Shown in pieces: positions 12,863 to 25,791 of a DNA stretch of 64,000 nt (position 1 is the first letter of the stretch; each line of letters begins with the position of its first letter). Below the pieces are notes generated by a model, which saw nothing but the letters and a program-made list of their open reading frames with translations, did not search any database and had not been told where the DNA came from. The stretch is from Octopus vulgaris (lineage: Eukaryota). Location of the stretch: the NCBI GenBank assembly GCA_951406725.2, contig OX597815.1:24738001-24802000 (forward strand). Reading direction: 5' to 3'. The position numbers were made by a program, and so were the translations under genes.

Positions 12863-13182
12863 AAAAAAAAAAAAAAAAACGTGCCCCTTTCAAGGCTAGC
12901 CAGGCTCATAGGCCCGGTTTCCCAGTTTCTATGGTGTATGTGGTTCCCCCCAGCTGGATGGGATGCCAGTCCATCGCAGTGTTACTCAAGAAACAGGAAG
13001 AGAGAGTGAGAGCAAGTTGTGTCGAAAGAGTACACCAGGGGTCACCACCATCCCCTGGCGGAGCCTCGTGGAGCTTTTAGGTGTTTTCGCTCAATAAACA
13101 TACACAACGCCCAGTCTGGGAATCGAAACTGCGATCGCCGGACCGCAAGTCTGCTGCCCTAACCACTGGGCCATTGCACCTC
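12863..13182 (-). mobile_element. tRNA-derived SINE, head D with tail X, 10-bp TSD
   Basis: Head TGGCCCAGTGGTTAGGGCAGCAGAC...GTTTCGATTCCC. TSD CTTGAGATTC at 12853-12862 and 13183-13192. Ends in an oligo-T run on its own strand. Confidence 0.85.
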
Positions 13183-13343
13183 CTTGAGATTCCAAACTGA
13201 CCCGTTATTTCTATATAATTTATAGCTAATTAAACTATCATTGACAACATTAACATATATATTTTTCTCACTTGTCCTCTCATGTTAGCATAGGTTGTAT
13301 GTTAAATTCACTGAAATAGACCAGATTATATGTTAATACTTAC

Positions 13344-13456
13344 ATGTAGTTTTTTCAGCAATACAGCATCCGTGGCATTTACACCATGGCGAGCTGCTTT
13401 CCAGAACTGTTTTTGAGCAGAATAACGATTGTTGGGACAGATCTTGAAAAGACAAT
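13344..13456 (-). CDS. ITPR: Inositol 1,4,5-trisphosphate receptor, next coding exon (113 nt, suppressor domain)
   Basis: Minus strand reads tttcctatttacag|ATTGTCTTTTCAAG...AAACTACAT|gtaagt, giving (D)[37 protein letters not shown]. This matches IP3[24 protein letters not shown]...TDAVLLNKLH. Splice sites are canonical, and G+AT across the junction restores the Asp codon. Confidence 0.97.
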
Positions 13457-13888
13457 CTGTAAATAGGAAAATAAAATAGATATTTAAAAAAAATTCATTG
13501 AGGGTGATTGTGAATAAAACTAGATGCTTATTACTGGCTCATATATAATAAAGAGTCTGGAAGGTGAATAAACAAAATTTAGAATATTAAAAAGGAAGAT
13601 GCATTAAGAACATTTAGATGGTGGCACCAAAATATTAGTGATTTGAGTAAAATTCATTATGAAAGAGATAGAATGTGGATACATTTCTAAGCAGGCAGGG
13701 ATTTTATTTTAGTTTGTGCATGTGTTTATGTGAGAGAGAGATGGAAAGAGGGAGGTAGAGATTGCGATTTCAAAAGGTTGTATCATACAGCATGTAAAAT
13801 ATATGTACTTTGCAAAACCAGAAGCATGGTTCAGCTTCATAACTAAATTTTTTCTAACATGTTAAAAAAAAAACACGATTTTCCATGA

Positions 13889-14096
13889 CCATTGCCAGTA
13901 CCGCCTGACTGGGCATGTAAAAGCACCAACTACACTCTCGAAGTGGTTGGCGTTAGGAAGGGCATCCAGCTGTAGAAACTCTGCCAAATCAAGATTGGAG
14001 CCTAGTGCAGCCATCTGATTCGCCAGCCCTCAGTCAAATCATCCAACCCATGCTAGCATGGAAAGCGAACAATAAACAATAATGATGATGATGATG
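13889..14096 (+). mobile_element. Family-A retroposon, subfamily A2, 5'-truncated
   Basis: GTGGTTGGCGTTAGGAAGGGCATCCAGCTG...CAAATCAAGATTGGAGCC...(GAT)n. Confidence 0.85.
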
Positions 14097-14394
14097 TTAA
14101 CCACCACATGTACCACCAGTGGTTCATTAAAAATTTCACATAGCACCACCAGTGGTACATTTTCATAATCCGAGAAAATATTTTCTTCTGTATCTTTGAT
14201 ATGGTTTTGAGGATATTTAAATAACATGAGTATTAAATATTAAAGTTTAATTATGAAATATTGCCAAAATGCAAAAAAAATTTACATTTCGCTGTGATTA
14301 AACAGCATGCAATGTTAGCGGAAATACGTGACATCACCGTTAAGTTCCACCAACAGGCCATGACAATTAACTTGTTAATATTAGTTACTTTAGT

Positions 14395-14610
14395 GGGTGG
14401 TGAGCTGGCAGAATTGTTAGCATACTGGGTAAAATTCTTAGTGGCATTTCATCTGTCTTTACTTTCTGAGTTCAAATTCTGCTGAGGTTGACTTGGTCTT
14501 TCATCCTTTCGGGGTCAATAAAATAAGTCCTAGTTGATCACTGGGGTCGATGTAATCGACTTAATCCTTCCCCTGAAATTGCTAGCCTTGTACCAAAATT
14601 TGAAACCTAC
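14395..14610 (+). mobile_element. Family-C SINE
   Basis: GGTGGTGAGCTGGCAGAA head, C body and CCAAAATTTGAAACC tail. Confidence 0.8.
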
Positions 14611-15337
14611 ATTAATTACATTAGAGAGAAGCTACAATGCAGATAATCTTCTAAAGTACAGGATAGGATAACTGAGTGAAGTTCAAAAGTTCAGTACCAA
14701 GTATATAACTTTGAGATATTCAATATAAAGTAATGATTTAATACTTAAGACACAAGGTCGTTTTTTGTAAGGTTGCAATACAACAGATTCAACCAACTGG
14801 AGAATTTCACTGCTGTTCATTTTAATGAACCCAGTGAAATACAAGTATCGATAGCAATTATTTCAAGCACATTGTAAAAAGAAGATAAAAGTTCTGATCA
14901 AAACAAAGTTACACCCAGATAAAATGATTGTTGCTTACTGGCAAAGATAAGTTTCTGAGATATAATGTTTCAATGTAGTATCTCTAATTATTTCAAATAA
15001 ATTCTGTCTCCTGCACCCTCTCACTCTCTAGAATTTTCTTACAGAACATACTAATTTTAGATAAATAACAGCAAAGAATCAAAGAAAATAATGTAAGGAA
15101 AGAGAAGGCATACTTATATTGATCCATTCATCAATCCACAGTTTAAGAATATCTGTGTGCATATGTGCATGTGAATGCATATTCACGAACACACAAACAC
15201 ACACATTTATACAAGCCAGCCATTCCTAAAATCAGTTCACACAGGTACTATAACAAAGATTTGGAGTGGTTCATTCTGTTATACTCGAGTTGGAAATTCT
15301 GATAATGTGCAGTGATTCTAAGTGTAACACAAATTAT

Positions 15338-15899
15338 ATATGGGGCTTGGATAAAATAATGGAAACACCTAGCATCATAGCATCATAATTTTGAAATATC
15401 TATAAAATCATTAAAAGTTGTGTTTTTGATTTACTATTAGTGTTGCTTAATGTTTTACTGATTCTTTATGGATATCATCAGAAAAAGTTTAATTAAAATT
15501 CATTAAAATGACAGATCTATCGGACTTTCAAAGAGGTCAAATTGTTGGTGCTTGTAGGACAGGACTTAGCGTAATGAAAAGAACCGAAATGTTGGTGTAT
15601 CAAGAAGTACTGTCTCGAAGTAATGACAGCCTTTGTTGAAACAAAACTCTGGAAGAAAACCAAAACTTTCGGATAGGGTCTGTCGGACTCTTACATGAAT
15701 TGTTAGAAAGGATCACAAAGTACAGCCCCCAAAATTACTGCAGAGCTTAATGACCGCCTCGAGAACCCAGTTTCCACAAAAACTGTTTGCCAGGAGCTGC
15801 ACAAAGCTGGATTTCATGGGAGGACTGCAGTCAGAAAACTTCTACAAAGCATTTAGAGTGGAGTAAAAACCTACAGAATTGTTCCCTAGAGTAGTGGAT
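15338..15899 (+). mobile_element. 5' half of Tc1-like element (same family as 38886-40001)
   Basis: Left TIR TTGGATAAAATAATGGAAACACC and degraded MTDLSDFQRGQIVGA transposase start. Confidence 0.85.
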
Positions 15900-16649
15900 C
15901 GACTGAAAATCCACATTAGCCAAGTGCACAGAGGTGGTGTAGCTTTTGATGTGATTCTTGACAAAATTATGCTTCATTTCTACCAAAAATTTAAAATACA
16001 TTTAGCACTAAATAGCCACCTGAGGGCCCATGGCAAAAAACCTATCAAACTTGTTATAGGCATGTTTCTGTATGAGAAAATGATTATATTCAGCATCAAA
16101 TTCAAGGCAACTATATAATATATATATGCACATAAATATATAATAAATATGCACACGCACACACACTCTCTCTCTCCTACACACACACTCTCTAAGGTTC
16201 ATTCTGCTAATTGTATTCTTCTGTTATAAGGACTTGTACTAAAAGTAAAAATAATAATTTAGTAATGATATATTATTATATGTTAATAATAGTATTATTG
16301 TTATCATTATTAGTTTGACAGAATTGGTAGAGTATTGGACAAGATTTCTTCTGGTATTTCTTCAGGCTCTTTAGATTCTGAGTTCAAATACCGCTGAGGT
16401 CAATTTTGCCCTTCACTCATCCTCCTAGCTTTGATAAATGTATATAAGTCACTGACTCACATACTTACATGAGTCCCAAATTTCTAATCATGTGTCTATG
16501 TTAGAATCAATTATTATTTGTATTATGTTTACATAACATTTCAACGACATAAAGGAACACCAATCTAAAGATTATTTTAATATATTATATGCATATCAAC
16601 CTTACAGATTGTATTAAAATTTATAAGTATCAATACTTTTATTATTATA

Positions 16650-17156
16650 CTAGCAGTATTACCTGGCTTTGCAAAATGGTCCCATTTAATTCAAAGCGTT
16701 AAAAATGTTATGAAAACAATTGGTATGTGTTCACAAAGTCCAAACGATTAATATGAAAAAACCCTCCAGGCTACATCCTGAAAATTCATTTCTTTGCCGA
16801 ATTTCTACAATGTTTACGGCGATTCGTTTTTATATCATGATTTTTTATTTTTCATGCAATTTACACATGCTTGCACGTGTGGTGAACACAATTCACGTCA
16901 AACAGCTGACTGAGTAAAGTTCACTATTCAATGCATGGGATAAGGCCTAAACAAACACATAATTGATTTTTGCACTTGCGAGATGAATTTCGGAACAGAA
17001 ATAGCACAGTTCAATTTTCATTCGGCTAAACTTTAAGTGACCCATTTTTGGTGGTTCTACGATTTGTAGGAGGTGGAGATTTGCCGGGAAGTTAAACACA
17101 CCGACACACACACAGATACACACACAGACACACAAGTTGAGTTTTATATATATAGA
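16650..17156 (-). mobile_element. Non-autonomous Helitron-like element
   Basis: Minus strand begins a|TCTATATATATAAAAC followed by a (GTGTCT)-type microsatellite and ends GCAAAGCCAGGTAATACTGCTAG|t. The 5'-TC, 3'-CTAG and A|T target are Helitron hallmarks. Confidence 0.65.
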
Positions 17157-17160
17157 TATA

Positions 17161-17377
17161 CAAGGAGGTGCTGAAAAGTTCCTGGTTTTAAGGGTATCAT
17201 GAAAGTCCTGGTTGGAGGCCCCACTTTCCAAGTTCTTTAACAGGGTTTGGAAAAACTGAAGGATCACTGCAGTAAGTGTGTGAATCTGAGAGGAGAATAT
17301 GTTGAATAAAATCATAATTAACTGATCCTTCTGTATTTTCTTTTACCCAAAGCCAAGAACTTTTCACCAACCCCTCG
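17161..17377. mobile_element. Mariner-type MITE (~217 bp)
   Basis: TIRs CAAGGAGGTGCTGAAAAGTTCCTGG and reverse-complemented CGAGGGGTTGGTGAAAAGTTCTTGG, with TA on the left flank. Confidence 0.75.
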
Positions 17378-17787
17378 TGTATATGTGTGTGTGTGTGTGT
17401 GTATTACCTTTTGTGATATCAGCCAGTTTATGAACCTGATCCTTCTTAGAAAAACTATGTCAATATGAAATATTTAGTAAACGCCATAGACTATTGCTCC
17501 CAGTTGTCTGGTTATGGTTCTCATTTTTAGGCAGTCACTTTACTTTTACGTTACCAATGCCCTTGAGAAATGAGTAAATCTGAAGACTTGGCAGAAATTT
17601 ATATCAGACATATTTAGAAGCCACTAAATAACTTCTTTTATAAAAGAAAAATGACAATTTTTTTCAATGAAATAATATTCCTTTTTTTAAAAAAAAGAAA
17701 ATAGTAACTAAATGTTAAATGAATTTAACAGAAATGAAATCTACTGTAATGAAACAAACATACACACAAGCATATATGCATGCATGT

Positions 17788-17811
17788 ACACACACACACA
17801 CACACACTCCA

Positions 17812-17867
<56 letters not shown>
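17788..17867. repeat. (CA)n microsatellite
   Basis: Directly visible. Confidence 0.95.
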
Positions 17868-17869
<2 letters not shown>

Positions 17870-18269
17870 TTAATGTCTGTTTTCCATGCTGGCATTTGTG
17901 TTGGACAGTTTGACAGGAGCTGGCTGGCTGGGATTCAAGCGATTTGGCATGGTTTCTATGGCTGGATGCCCTTCCTAACAACAACCATTTTAGGGAGTGT
18001 ACTGGATGCTTTTACATAGCATTAGCATGGGTGTCTTTATATGGTACCAGCATGGGCACTTTTTATGGGGCACCAGCATCCCTGGGCCCACAAGATTAAG
18101 ATCACTCAGCTGAAGAGAGATGTTGGGGACATGTCTGTATGCAAAGACAACCAGGATTTTACTTAGCTTGACATGTCTTCTCAAACACAGAAAACCACCA
18201 GAAGTCTCAGTCACTTGTCATCCCCTCTGTGAGGCTCATCAGAAGGTCTTTTCTCTCTCTTTATATATA

Positions 18270-18412
18270 TGTCAAAAATTAGGTTAAAAAATATGGGAGT
18301 GTCTTATACATGGATAGTATTATAATCCCTTACAAAACCTTTTTCCCAAATTTGAAACCCCCAAAATTAGGGCTTCCTTATACACAAGGGCTTCTTATAC
18401 ATGTTAAAATAT

Positions 18413-18414
<2 letters not shown>
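18270..18414. mobile_element. Possible pogo/Tc2-like MITE end fragment
   Basis: Repeated subterminal motif CTTATACA three times, ending TAAAATATGG. Confidence 0.4.
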
Positions 18415-18456
<42 letters not shown>

Positions 18457-18458
18457 GG

Positions 18459-18534
<76 letters not shown>

Positions 18535-18535
18535 T
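18415..18535. repeat. Compound (GA)n(GATA)n(GACA)n microsatellite
   Basis: Directly visible. Confidence 0.95.
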
Positions 18536-19804
18536 ATTGTGATCAGAAAATTATTGTACAGTTTGATTTACTGGGGTGGTAAGCAAATGTACACTTTGTT
18601 AATGTGGAAACAAATTAAGTATGTTTGCAGTAATTGTAAAATTTTGTTACAGCAGCAATATTTCTTTTCTTGCAGTAAACTTACATCAGTGACTCAAGGA
18701 TACTTATCAAACATTTTATAAGTGTCAAGCATGAAACTCTGAGCTCAGGTAATAAATAATAAAATATATATCGTTTTATTTGCATTTTGAGTTCTGTTTC
18801 TCCTAATAGAGCAATAGTAGAGAGACTGTTATGTCGTTATTGAAACTCAGGTCAACCTTATTATCAAAGGTATTCTAGGCATAACAATCCCATTTTCCTT
18901 TCAGGCAATTTGGCATCTAGGGCTACATTATCTAATGAGTCCTTCCTTTTTTCTTTTAAATAACAGGAAATTTGGCTTCTATTCTAAGCAGATTTAGTGG
19001 CCATGAAGAGGATCTTATTAATGGGTATGACTGTAGAGAAATTGTAACTGATGGAGTTTGGTAAAGAGAATATGAATATAATGAGAATGTGCTAATGTTC
19101 AGAATGTAATTGACTTAAGATTGATTTAATGTGGAGTCAGGGAACAAATGTGATGGTAATAATGTGATCAATATGCTATGATGAATGCTAATGACATAGT
19201 TTTGTAATCTCATTATTTTGAAAACAACTGCAAAAAAAAAAAAAAAAATTTTCATGTTCTAAAATGTAGTCAGCATACTTATAAGGTAATCAAAAATAGA
19301 ACTATGTAGTATTGTCCAGTCACAAACAGGAAAGTATTTGGCACAAAGCACAATCTGAAAGGGATTATCTTTTTATTGGTTTTCTAAGTTTGTGAAGCTG
19401 ATAGAATCAAATCATTAATGAAATTAAATAAAATGCTATGTTAAAAGGAGTTTCAAAGATACATTTACTGCAATGCATAATATATCATTATCAACGTTTT
19501 AATATCCACTTTCCACACAAGCATGGGTCAGATGAAATTCCTTGAAGTGAATTTTCTAAAGTGAGAAACAGCCCAGACAACATTCAAAGGATTATGGTTA
19601 AGGTACACAATCCTCAGAGCCTGAGATGTTTTTCATTGCATGAAACTAATAGTAGCTCATAAAAATATTCTGTTTATTAAATAATGTGTATATATATATA
19701 TATATATACATTATAAAACAAGGGCAAAAGAAAAAAATTCTAATGCCAAATATCTCGAAAATAGACAAATTGTCAATAACCATTATAATTTATCACTATT
19801 AATA

Positions 19805-20103
19805 GTAAAAAGCACCATCCAAATGTGGCCGATGCCAGCGCCGCCTTGACTGGCTTCTGTGCCAGTGGCACGTAAAAAGCACCAACCGATCGTGGCCGCT
19901 GCCAGCCTCCCCTGGCACGTAAAAAGCACCTACTACACTCACAAAGTGGTTGGTGTTAGGAAGGGCATCCAGCTGTAGAAACATTGCCAGATCAGACTGG
20001 AGTCTGGTGCAGCCTCCTAGCTTCCCAGACCCTGGTCAAACCGTCCAACCCATGCTAGCACAGAAAACAGACGTTAAACGATGATGATGATGATGATGAT
20101 GAT
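19805..20103 (+). mobile_element. Family-A retroposon, subfamily A1
   Basis: Repeated GGCACGTAAAAAGCACC units, A body with CAGATCAGACTGG, and (GAT)n tail. Confidence 0.87.
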
Positions 20104-21420
20104 GTGTGTGTGTATGTTTATGTGGGTGCATATAAATGTATGTGCATGTTAGTGTGTAAATATAAATATGTGTGTGAATATACATACTAATGTATGTCTG
20201 TATGTGTGTATATGTGTTTGGATATATGACTTAGTGAAAATATCTAAGCATGTGATATGCATAAGAATAAGAGTGTGTTCTAGGACAGGAGGATTGGCGA
20301 CAATCCATGCCTCCTTAACCTTCTGGTATGGTGTCTTATCTGTATTATTTCTTGAATAGACATTTTTTAAATTTATTTTTATTTTATATGACCATGAATG
20401 ATCCTTGACCACTAGCTATAAACTAATTAAGATAGCAACTTGAAAATAAAAAGTTTTGAACTAGTTGCCCTCTATCTATCTGACTCAATTTCCTGATAAA
20501 TTCTACAGTACATTCTCAAAATTTCACTTGTTTTACCATGGTTGTTGGCAAACTGATCGCCTACTCCTGTCTTACCTATTTGTATATTTAAAATTTACCT
20601 GAGAATGTTTTTTTTTGCCCTGATGTAATCTAAGAATGCATCAATAAAATTCTGCCGAAACAGCTGTTGTGAATTTTGAACCCCACTTGTGTTCTCCTTT
20701 ACACACACACACACACACACACAATCGACTTCTTTCAGTTTTTATCAACCAAATTCACTCACAAGGCTTTGGTCAGCCAGGGTCTATAGCAGAGACACTT
20801 GCCCAGGTGTGTATGTATACACATACAAAATTAGTACATAGCATCCAATAAATTGCAATTTAATTTCATAACTGCAGAATTGCTTAAATTTCACCAGTCG
20901 ACATGTAATACTGTGTTGGATTCATGTTTTGAATAGGGGGAAAAAGAAAGTGAAAATTAATGTCATGAATGATAGTAAAATGTAAATTAAATAAATGAAA
21001 TAATTTGTATGAAACAACCACAGAACTGAGAATGAACAGCAAGGAATATCAGGCTATCTCATTGAAGCAATTAGCAATCAAGAAGAAACCATAAGAAAGC
21101 TTTTAGAGAAATGAACTGTTTATAGAGTGAGCAGCCTACTTCCTGCTGACAGAGAGGATAAAATTACTTTGCAGAAACATGATGAAATTATCAGATCTCC
21201 GGTGAATGGTTTGGAAATATATTTAGAGGAGATAAGATTTATTTAAACATATTCTTCAAGCTTTCAACTCTGAGGATTAGCTAAAGTAATGGACAATATG
21301 TTTATTTTTTGTAAATTCATGAACTAGCTACATCATCATCATTTTAATGTCCACTCTTTCATGCATGCATGGGTTAGACAGAATTTGTTAAGGCCATTTT
21401 ATATAGTCTGAAACCTATAT

Positions 21421-22220
21421 CATCATCATCATCATCATTATCATCATTTAATGTCCACTTTCTATGCTGGCATGGGTTGGATGGTTTGACTAAAAACTGG
21501 TAAGCCAAGGGGTAGTACCAAGTTCCTGTCTGATTTGGCAAGGTATCTATGGCTGGATGCCCTTCCTAACAACAACCAGTATAGGGAGTGCTTTTTATGT
21601 GCCACTGCCATGGGTGCCATTGACCAGACACTGGCATCAGCTACAACTATGGTCTCACTTGGTTTGACAGGTCAACATGAGCACAATATTTCGCCAGGGG
21701 TCTTAGCCACCTGTGACTGCCTCCATGAGGCCCAATACTTAGAAGGTGCTTTTTACATCCCACCGACACGGGTGCCAATTAGATGGCACTGATATCAACC
21801 ATAACTACAATTTCACTCAATATATCATCATCATCATCATCATCATTTAACGTCTGTTTTCCATGCTAGCATGGGTTGGACGGTTCAACCGAGGTTTGGG
21901 AAGCCAGGAGGCCGCACTAGGTTCCAATCTGATCCAGCAGTGTTTCTACAGCTGGATGCCCTTCATAATGCCAACCACTCCCTGAGTGTAGTGGGTGCTT
22001 TTTACATGCCACCAGCACAGAAGCCAGCAGAGGCTGGCAAACGGCCACGATCGGTTGGTGTTTTTACGTGTCACCAACATGGATGCCAGTCAGGCGGTGC
22101 TGGCATCTGCCACATTCGGACGGTGCTTTTTACGTGTCACCGACACGGGTAACTTAACTACAATTTCCATTTGATTTTTATTTTGATGTTGGTGTTGATG
22201 CACTTGACTTAATAGGTCTC
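21421..22220 (-). mobile_element. Two adjacent family-A copies (older ~21421-21820, younger ~21825-22220)
   Basis: Two (CAT)n starts, each followed by the A body GGCTGGATGCCCTTC. Confidence 0.8.
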
Positions 22221-22221
22221 C

Positions 22222-22615
22222 TTTACTTGTTTCAGTCATTTGACGGTGGCCATGCTGAAGCACCACCTTTAGTCAAACAAATCAACTCCAGGACTTATTC
22301 TTTGTAAGCCTAGTACTTATTCTATCTCTTTTGCCAAACCGCTAAGGTACGGGGATGTAAAGAGACCAACGTCGGTTGTCAAGCGATGATGAGGGGACAA
22401 ATACAGACACACAAATAAATACATATATGTACATATATATGACGGGCTTCTTTCAGTTTTTGTCTACCAAATTCACTCACAAAGTTTTAGATGGTGCACA
22501 TAAGGCTATAATAGAAGACACTTGCCCAAGGTGCCATGCAGTGGGACTGAACCCAGAACACAGAACCATGTGGTTGGGAAGCAAGCTTCTTACGACACAA
22601 CCACTCGTGCACCCG
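22222..22615 (-). mobile_element. Family-B SINE
   Basis: Colinear with 3306-3717. Confidence 0.85.
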
Positions 22616-24974
22616 TATATATGTTGCAAAAAGCTAGCATAATTTTGAATATGTTACTTTTCTTTATAGTGTTTTTTGTTTTGTTATTTTTTGAACATAA
22701 TTTAAATTAATTCAAAATTGTGGTTGGAATTGTTTCACTTCATATGCAAATGCGTACGATAAACTATTTGTTACTGAAATTGTTTTGTTTAATTATTTAA
22801 TATTTTCTTAATCTATTAGCATAACAGAAATATCTAAAACTGAATATTTTAAATCATAATTTGTAAAAGAAAAAAAAAAAGAGAGAGAAAATAATTGTTT
22901 CTAGACACAAGGTCAGCAATTGGTGATGTGAGGGAGGGTTAGTCAATTACATTAACCCCAGTACTTGACTGTTACTTTATTTTAATGACCCTGAAAAGAT
23001 GAAAGGCAAAGTTGACCTCAATAGGATTTGAACTCAGAATATATAAAAAGCAGAAAGAAATACCACTAGGCATTTCATTAGACGTTCTACTGATCCTGGC
23101 AATACATCATCTTTGTATTTAGAAAATGATGATAAATAAAGACAAATTCAAGTCACAATCAAGAAAACATCCACATAGATTATTTTTTAAAAAAACTGAA
23201 ACAAAAATCTTATAAACCTTCTCAAACAAGATGAAACAAATCAGAAATGGTTGTTGAGGGAGGTTGTTAGGTCAAGTGAAACTAATCAATTTAAAAATAA
23301 CATGATTTATATTGGATGAACATTATATCTGAAATACTCTTTTAATTTACTGAGAATTCTCATTACAAAAAAGTTAGTATATACACATAGCTAAGTGTGA
23401 ACTGACACACAAAATGTAGTGAAACAAAAATAAATAAATAATTTTTAATTTAAATTACACCCATCACTATTTTATGTTGCCACTTCAATGAATGTTAATT
23501 AAATGAAAATTGTTATTATCCTCCCACGTCATCTTAGATCTGATATGTAAAATAAGACTATTCTTTGATGAAGAAGTTTAATAATAACGGAATATGTCCA
23601 GAATTATCATCCTTTTTACCAAATTATAATTTAAATCAAATACAATTTTTAGTTCTTACATTATATTAATCATTCACACCCCACCTATCAATATATTCTT
23701 CAACATACACACCTATATAAATCTAGGTGTGTATGTGTGTATAATACACACACAAACATACATAAAGCCCTCCCAGTGGAGCTGGGAATTTGCTTCCCCA
23801 TCACATGACATTGGGTTTGATACCACTGTGGGGCTTCATGGATGTCTTCTGATATAGCTGCAGGCCGACCAAAGCCTTATGAATGGAATTGGTGAACAGA
23901 AACTGAAAGAAACCCACTGTGTGTACGCATGTGTGTACTCATGCATGTGTGTGATTTTCTTGTAGTTTAATGTCTTGTTGTCTTGTCATTGTGTGATTGA
24001 TGTCGAATGAGTGTTAGTGTCATACAAACAGTGTCACTCATTTCCGATCTTCCGTGAAAATAATCCTGACCATGGGGAAATATTAACTTACTTTAATCCA
24101 AGTAAGTGTGGAAAAGTGGACATTAGAAAAACGACGATGATGACAATGATATTTCCTTTCCTTTTCTATTTATTACAATTATTTCTAAAAGGAAGAATTC
24201 CTCACAAAGAAATAAAGTTCCATTGCTTATATTTTGATAACAACAATGATAAGTACTACAAACTGAACTTTAGGAAAGTCTTGTACATTTTTTTGGTTCC
24301 ACTCACATACTGTATTTGTAAAGTGCTTGTTAGCCAGCATCTTTCTTTGCCTTAAAATCCTAACTTTTCCAGATTATCACTTAAGACATTTACTAACGTA
24401 ATCAAGTGAACCAATAATCATTGGGATAAAGGTGCATTTGTAATCTGAGTAGAAGTACCCTAGGTTTTGAGATAATTATCATAGATATTCTCCTTCTCGC
24501 TGAATCTGGAAGAAATGTTTGCATCTACAGGGCAGCTAACCTCTATGACTAAACCTAACTTTTGTTTGCAAATAACTATATCAGGTGTCTTGTGTTTGCA
24601 CCTGGCAGCAGAGTTGATAGGAATATTCGTTGTGTTGATATGGATACATGTGCTGTTAATATTTACCCAAGGGCAGTCATTCCTGCAGGTGGCATTGTAT
24701 ATTGTTTCAGCAATAGCATCATCTTGTAATGGCAAATATTACCTCAATGACATTTTTGGGCAGCTGCTGATTGCATGAGTTTTATCTTCCACAGAAAATT
24801 TGCATAGTTGACATTTACAGCTGTAACATGAAGCTCTATGTTTAAGAGTTTCATTGTCTCGTTTGTTCATTAGATATTTTGTAGCTATCTCCTGTTCTTA
24901 GATTGTAAAGCATAACCTTCAAGCTCTGATACAATGTCCAAGATAATCTATACTTCATGTTTATATTATCATCC

Positions 24975-25305
24975 TCCTGAGTTCAAACTGCACTGAGGTC
25001 TACTTTGCCTTTCATCCTTTCAGGGTCGATAAAATAAGTACTAGTTGATGCTGAAATCGATGTAATTGACTTATTTCCTCCCCTGAAATTGCTGTCCTTG
25101 TGCCAAAAATTTGAAACTAATATAATCATCCTCTTCTGCATTTCATCTATCTTTATATTCTGTGTTCAAATTCCGGCAAAGTTGACTTTGACTTTCATCC
25201 TTTTGGGGTCAATAAAATCAGTACCTGTGGAGCACTGGAGTTGATGTAATCAACTTATCCCTCCTCCCAAATTACTAGCTGAGTGCGAAAATCTGAAATC
25301 AATAT
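24975..25305 (+). mobile_element. Two tandem headless family-C SINE bodies
   Basis: CTGAGTTCAAA...CTTTCATCCTTT..GGGTC occurs twice. Confidence 0.75.
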
Positions 25306-25791
25306 CATTCTCCTCAAGTTCATAGGAAACATACCCATGCACCACTATTTTTTTAGAGGTTGACAGTGTTTCTTTTCCAAATATCTGCTGAAATATGCTA
25401 GTCCTGTGGTTCTGAGTTTACATGGGAGGTTAAGAGGATGTGAATGCTTCTCAAGATCTTTACAACCAATCTGCAAGATATTATTCACTTTGTTTCTTGA
25501 TGCATTTATTTTTGTTGCTGTTATTTAGAAGATACTATTTGAACAATATCATGCAGCACTCAAAGGCTCTCTGCACTAAACTTAGGCCTTTTCCACTCTC
25601 TTTTCTGTTTAGATAGAGTCTGTCAATATCACTGTTTTGTGGATGTTTGCAATTGGTGTCAGGATCTTGTAGGTTATAATGTCTATAGAGCAGATTTCTT
25701 CAGCAGACCAGTTGAGTATCCCAAATGTTGGTATCAGTACTGGTACTAAAAATGAGATATTGACCAGTAGTAAAAGGAAACCTCTGATTAC

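Noticed and set aside
20565-20615. Possible recursive-splicing AG|GT sites on the minus strand (aaatag|gtaaga; tctcag|gtaaat)
   Set aside because: Pyrimidine tracts are weak and such matches are expected by chance in 44 kb of AT-rich DNA; unsupported without nascent RNA data.
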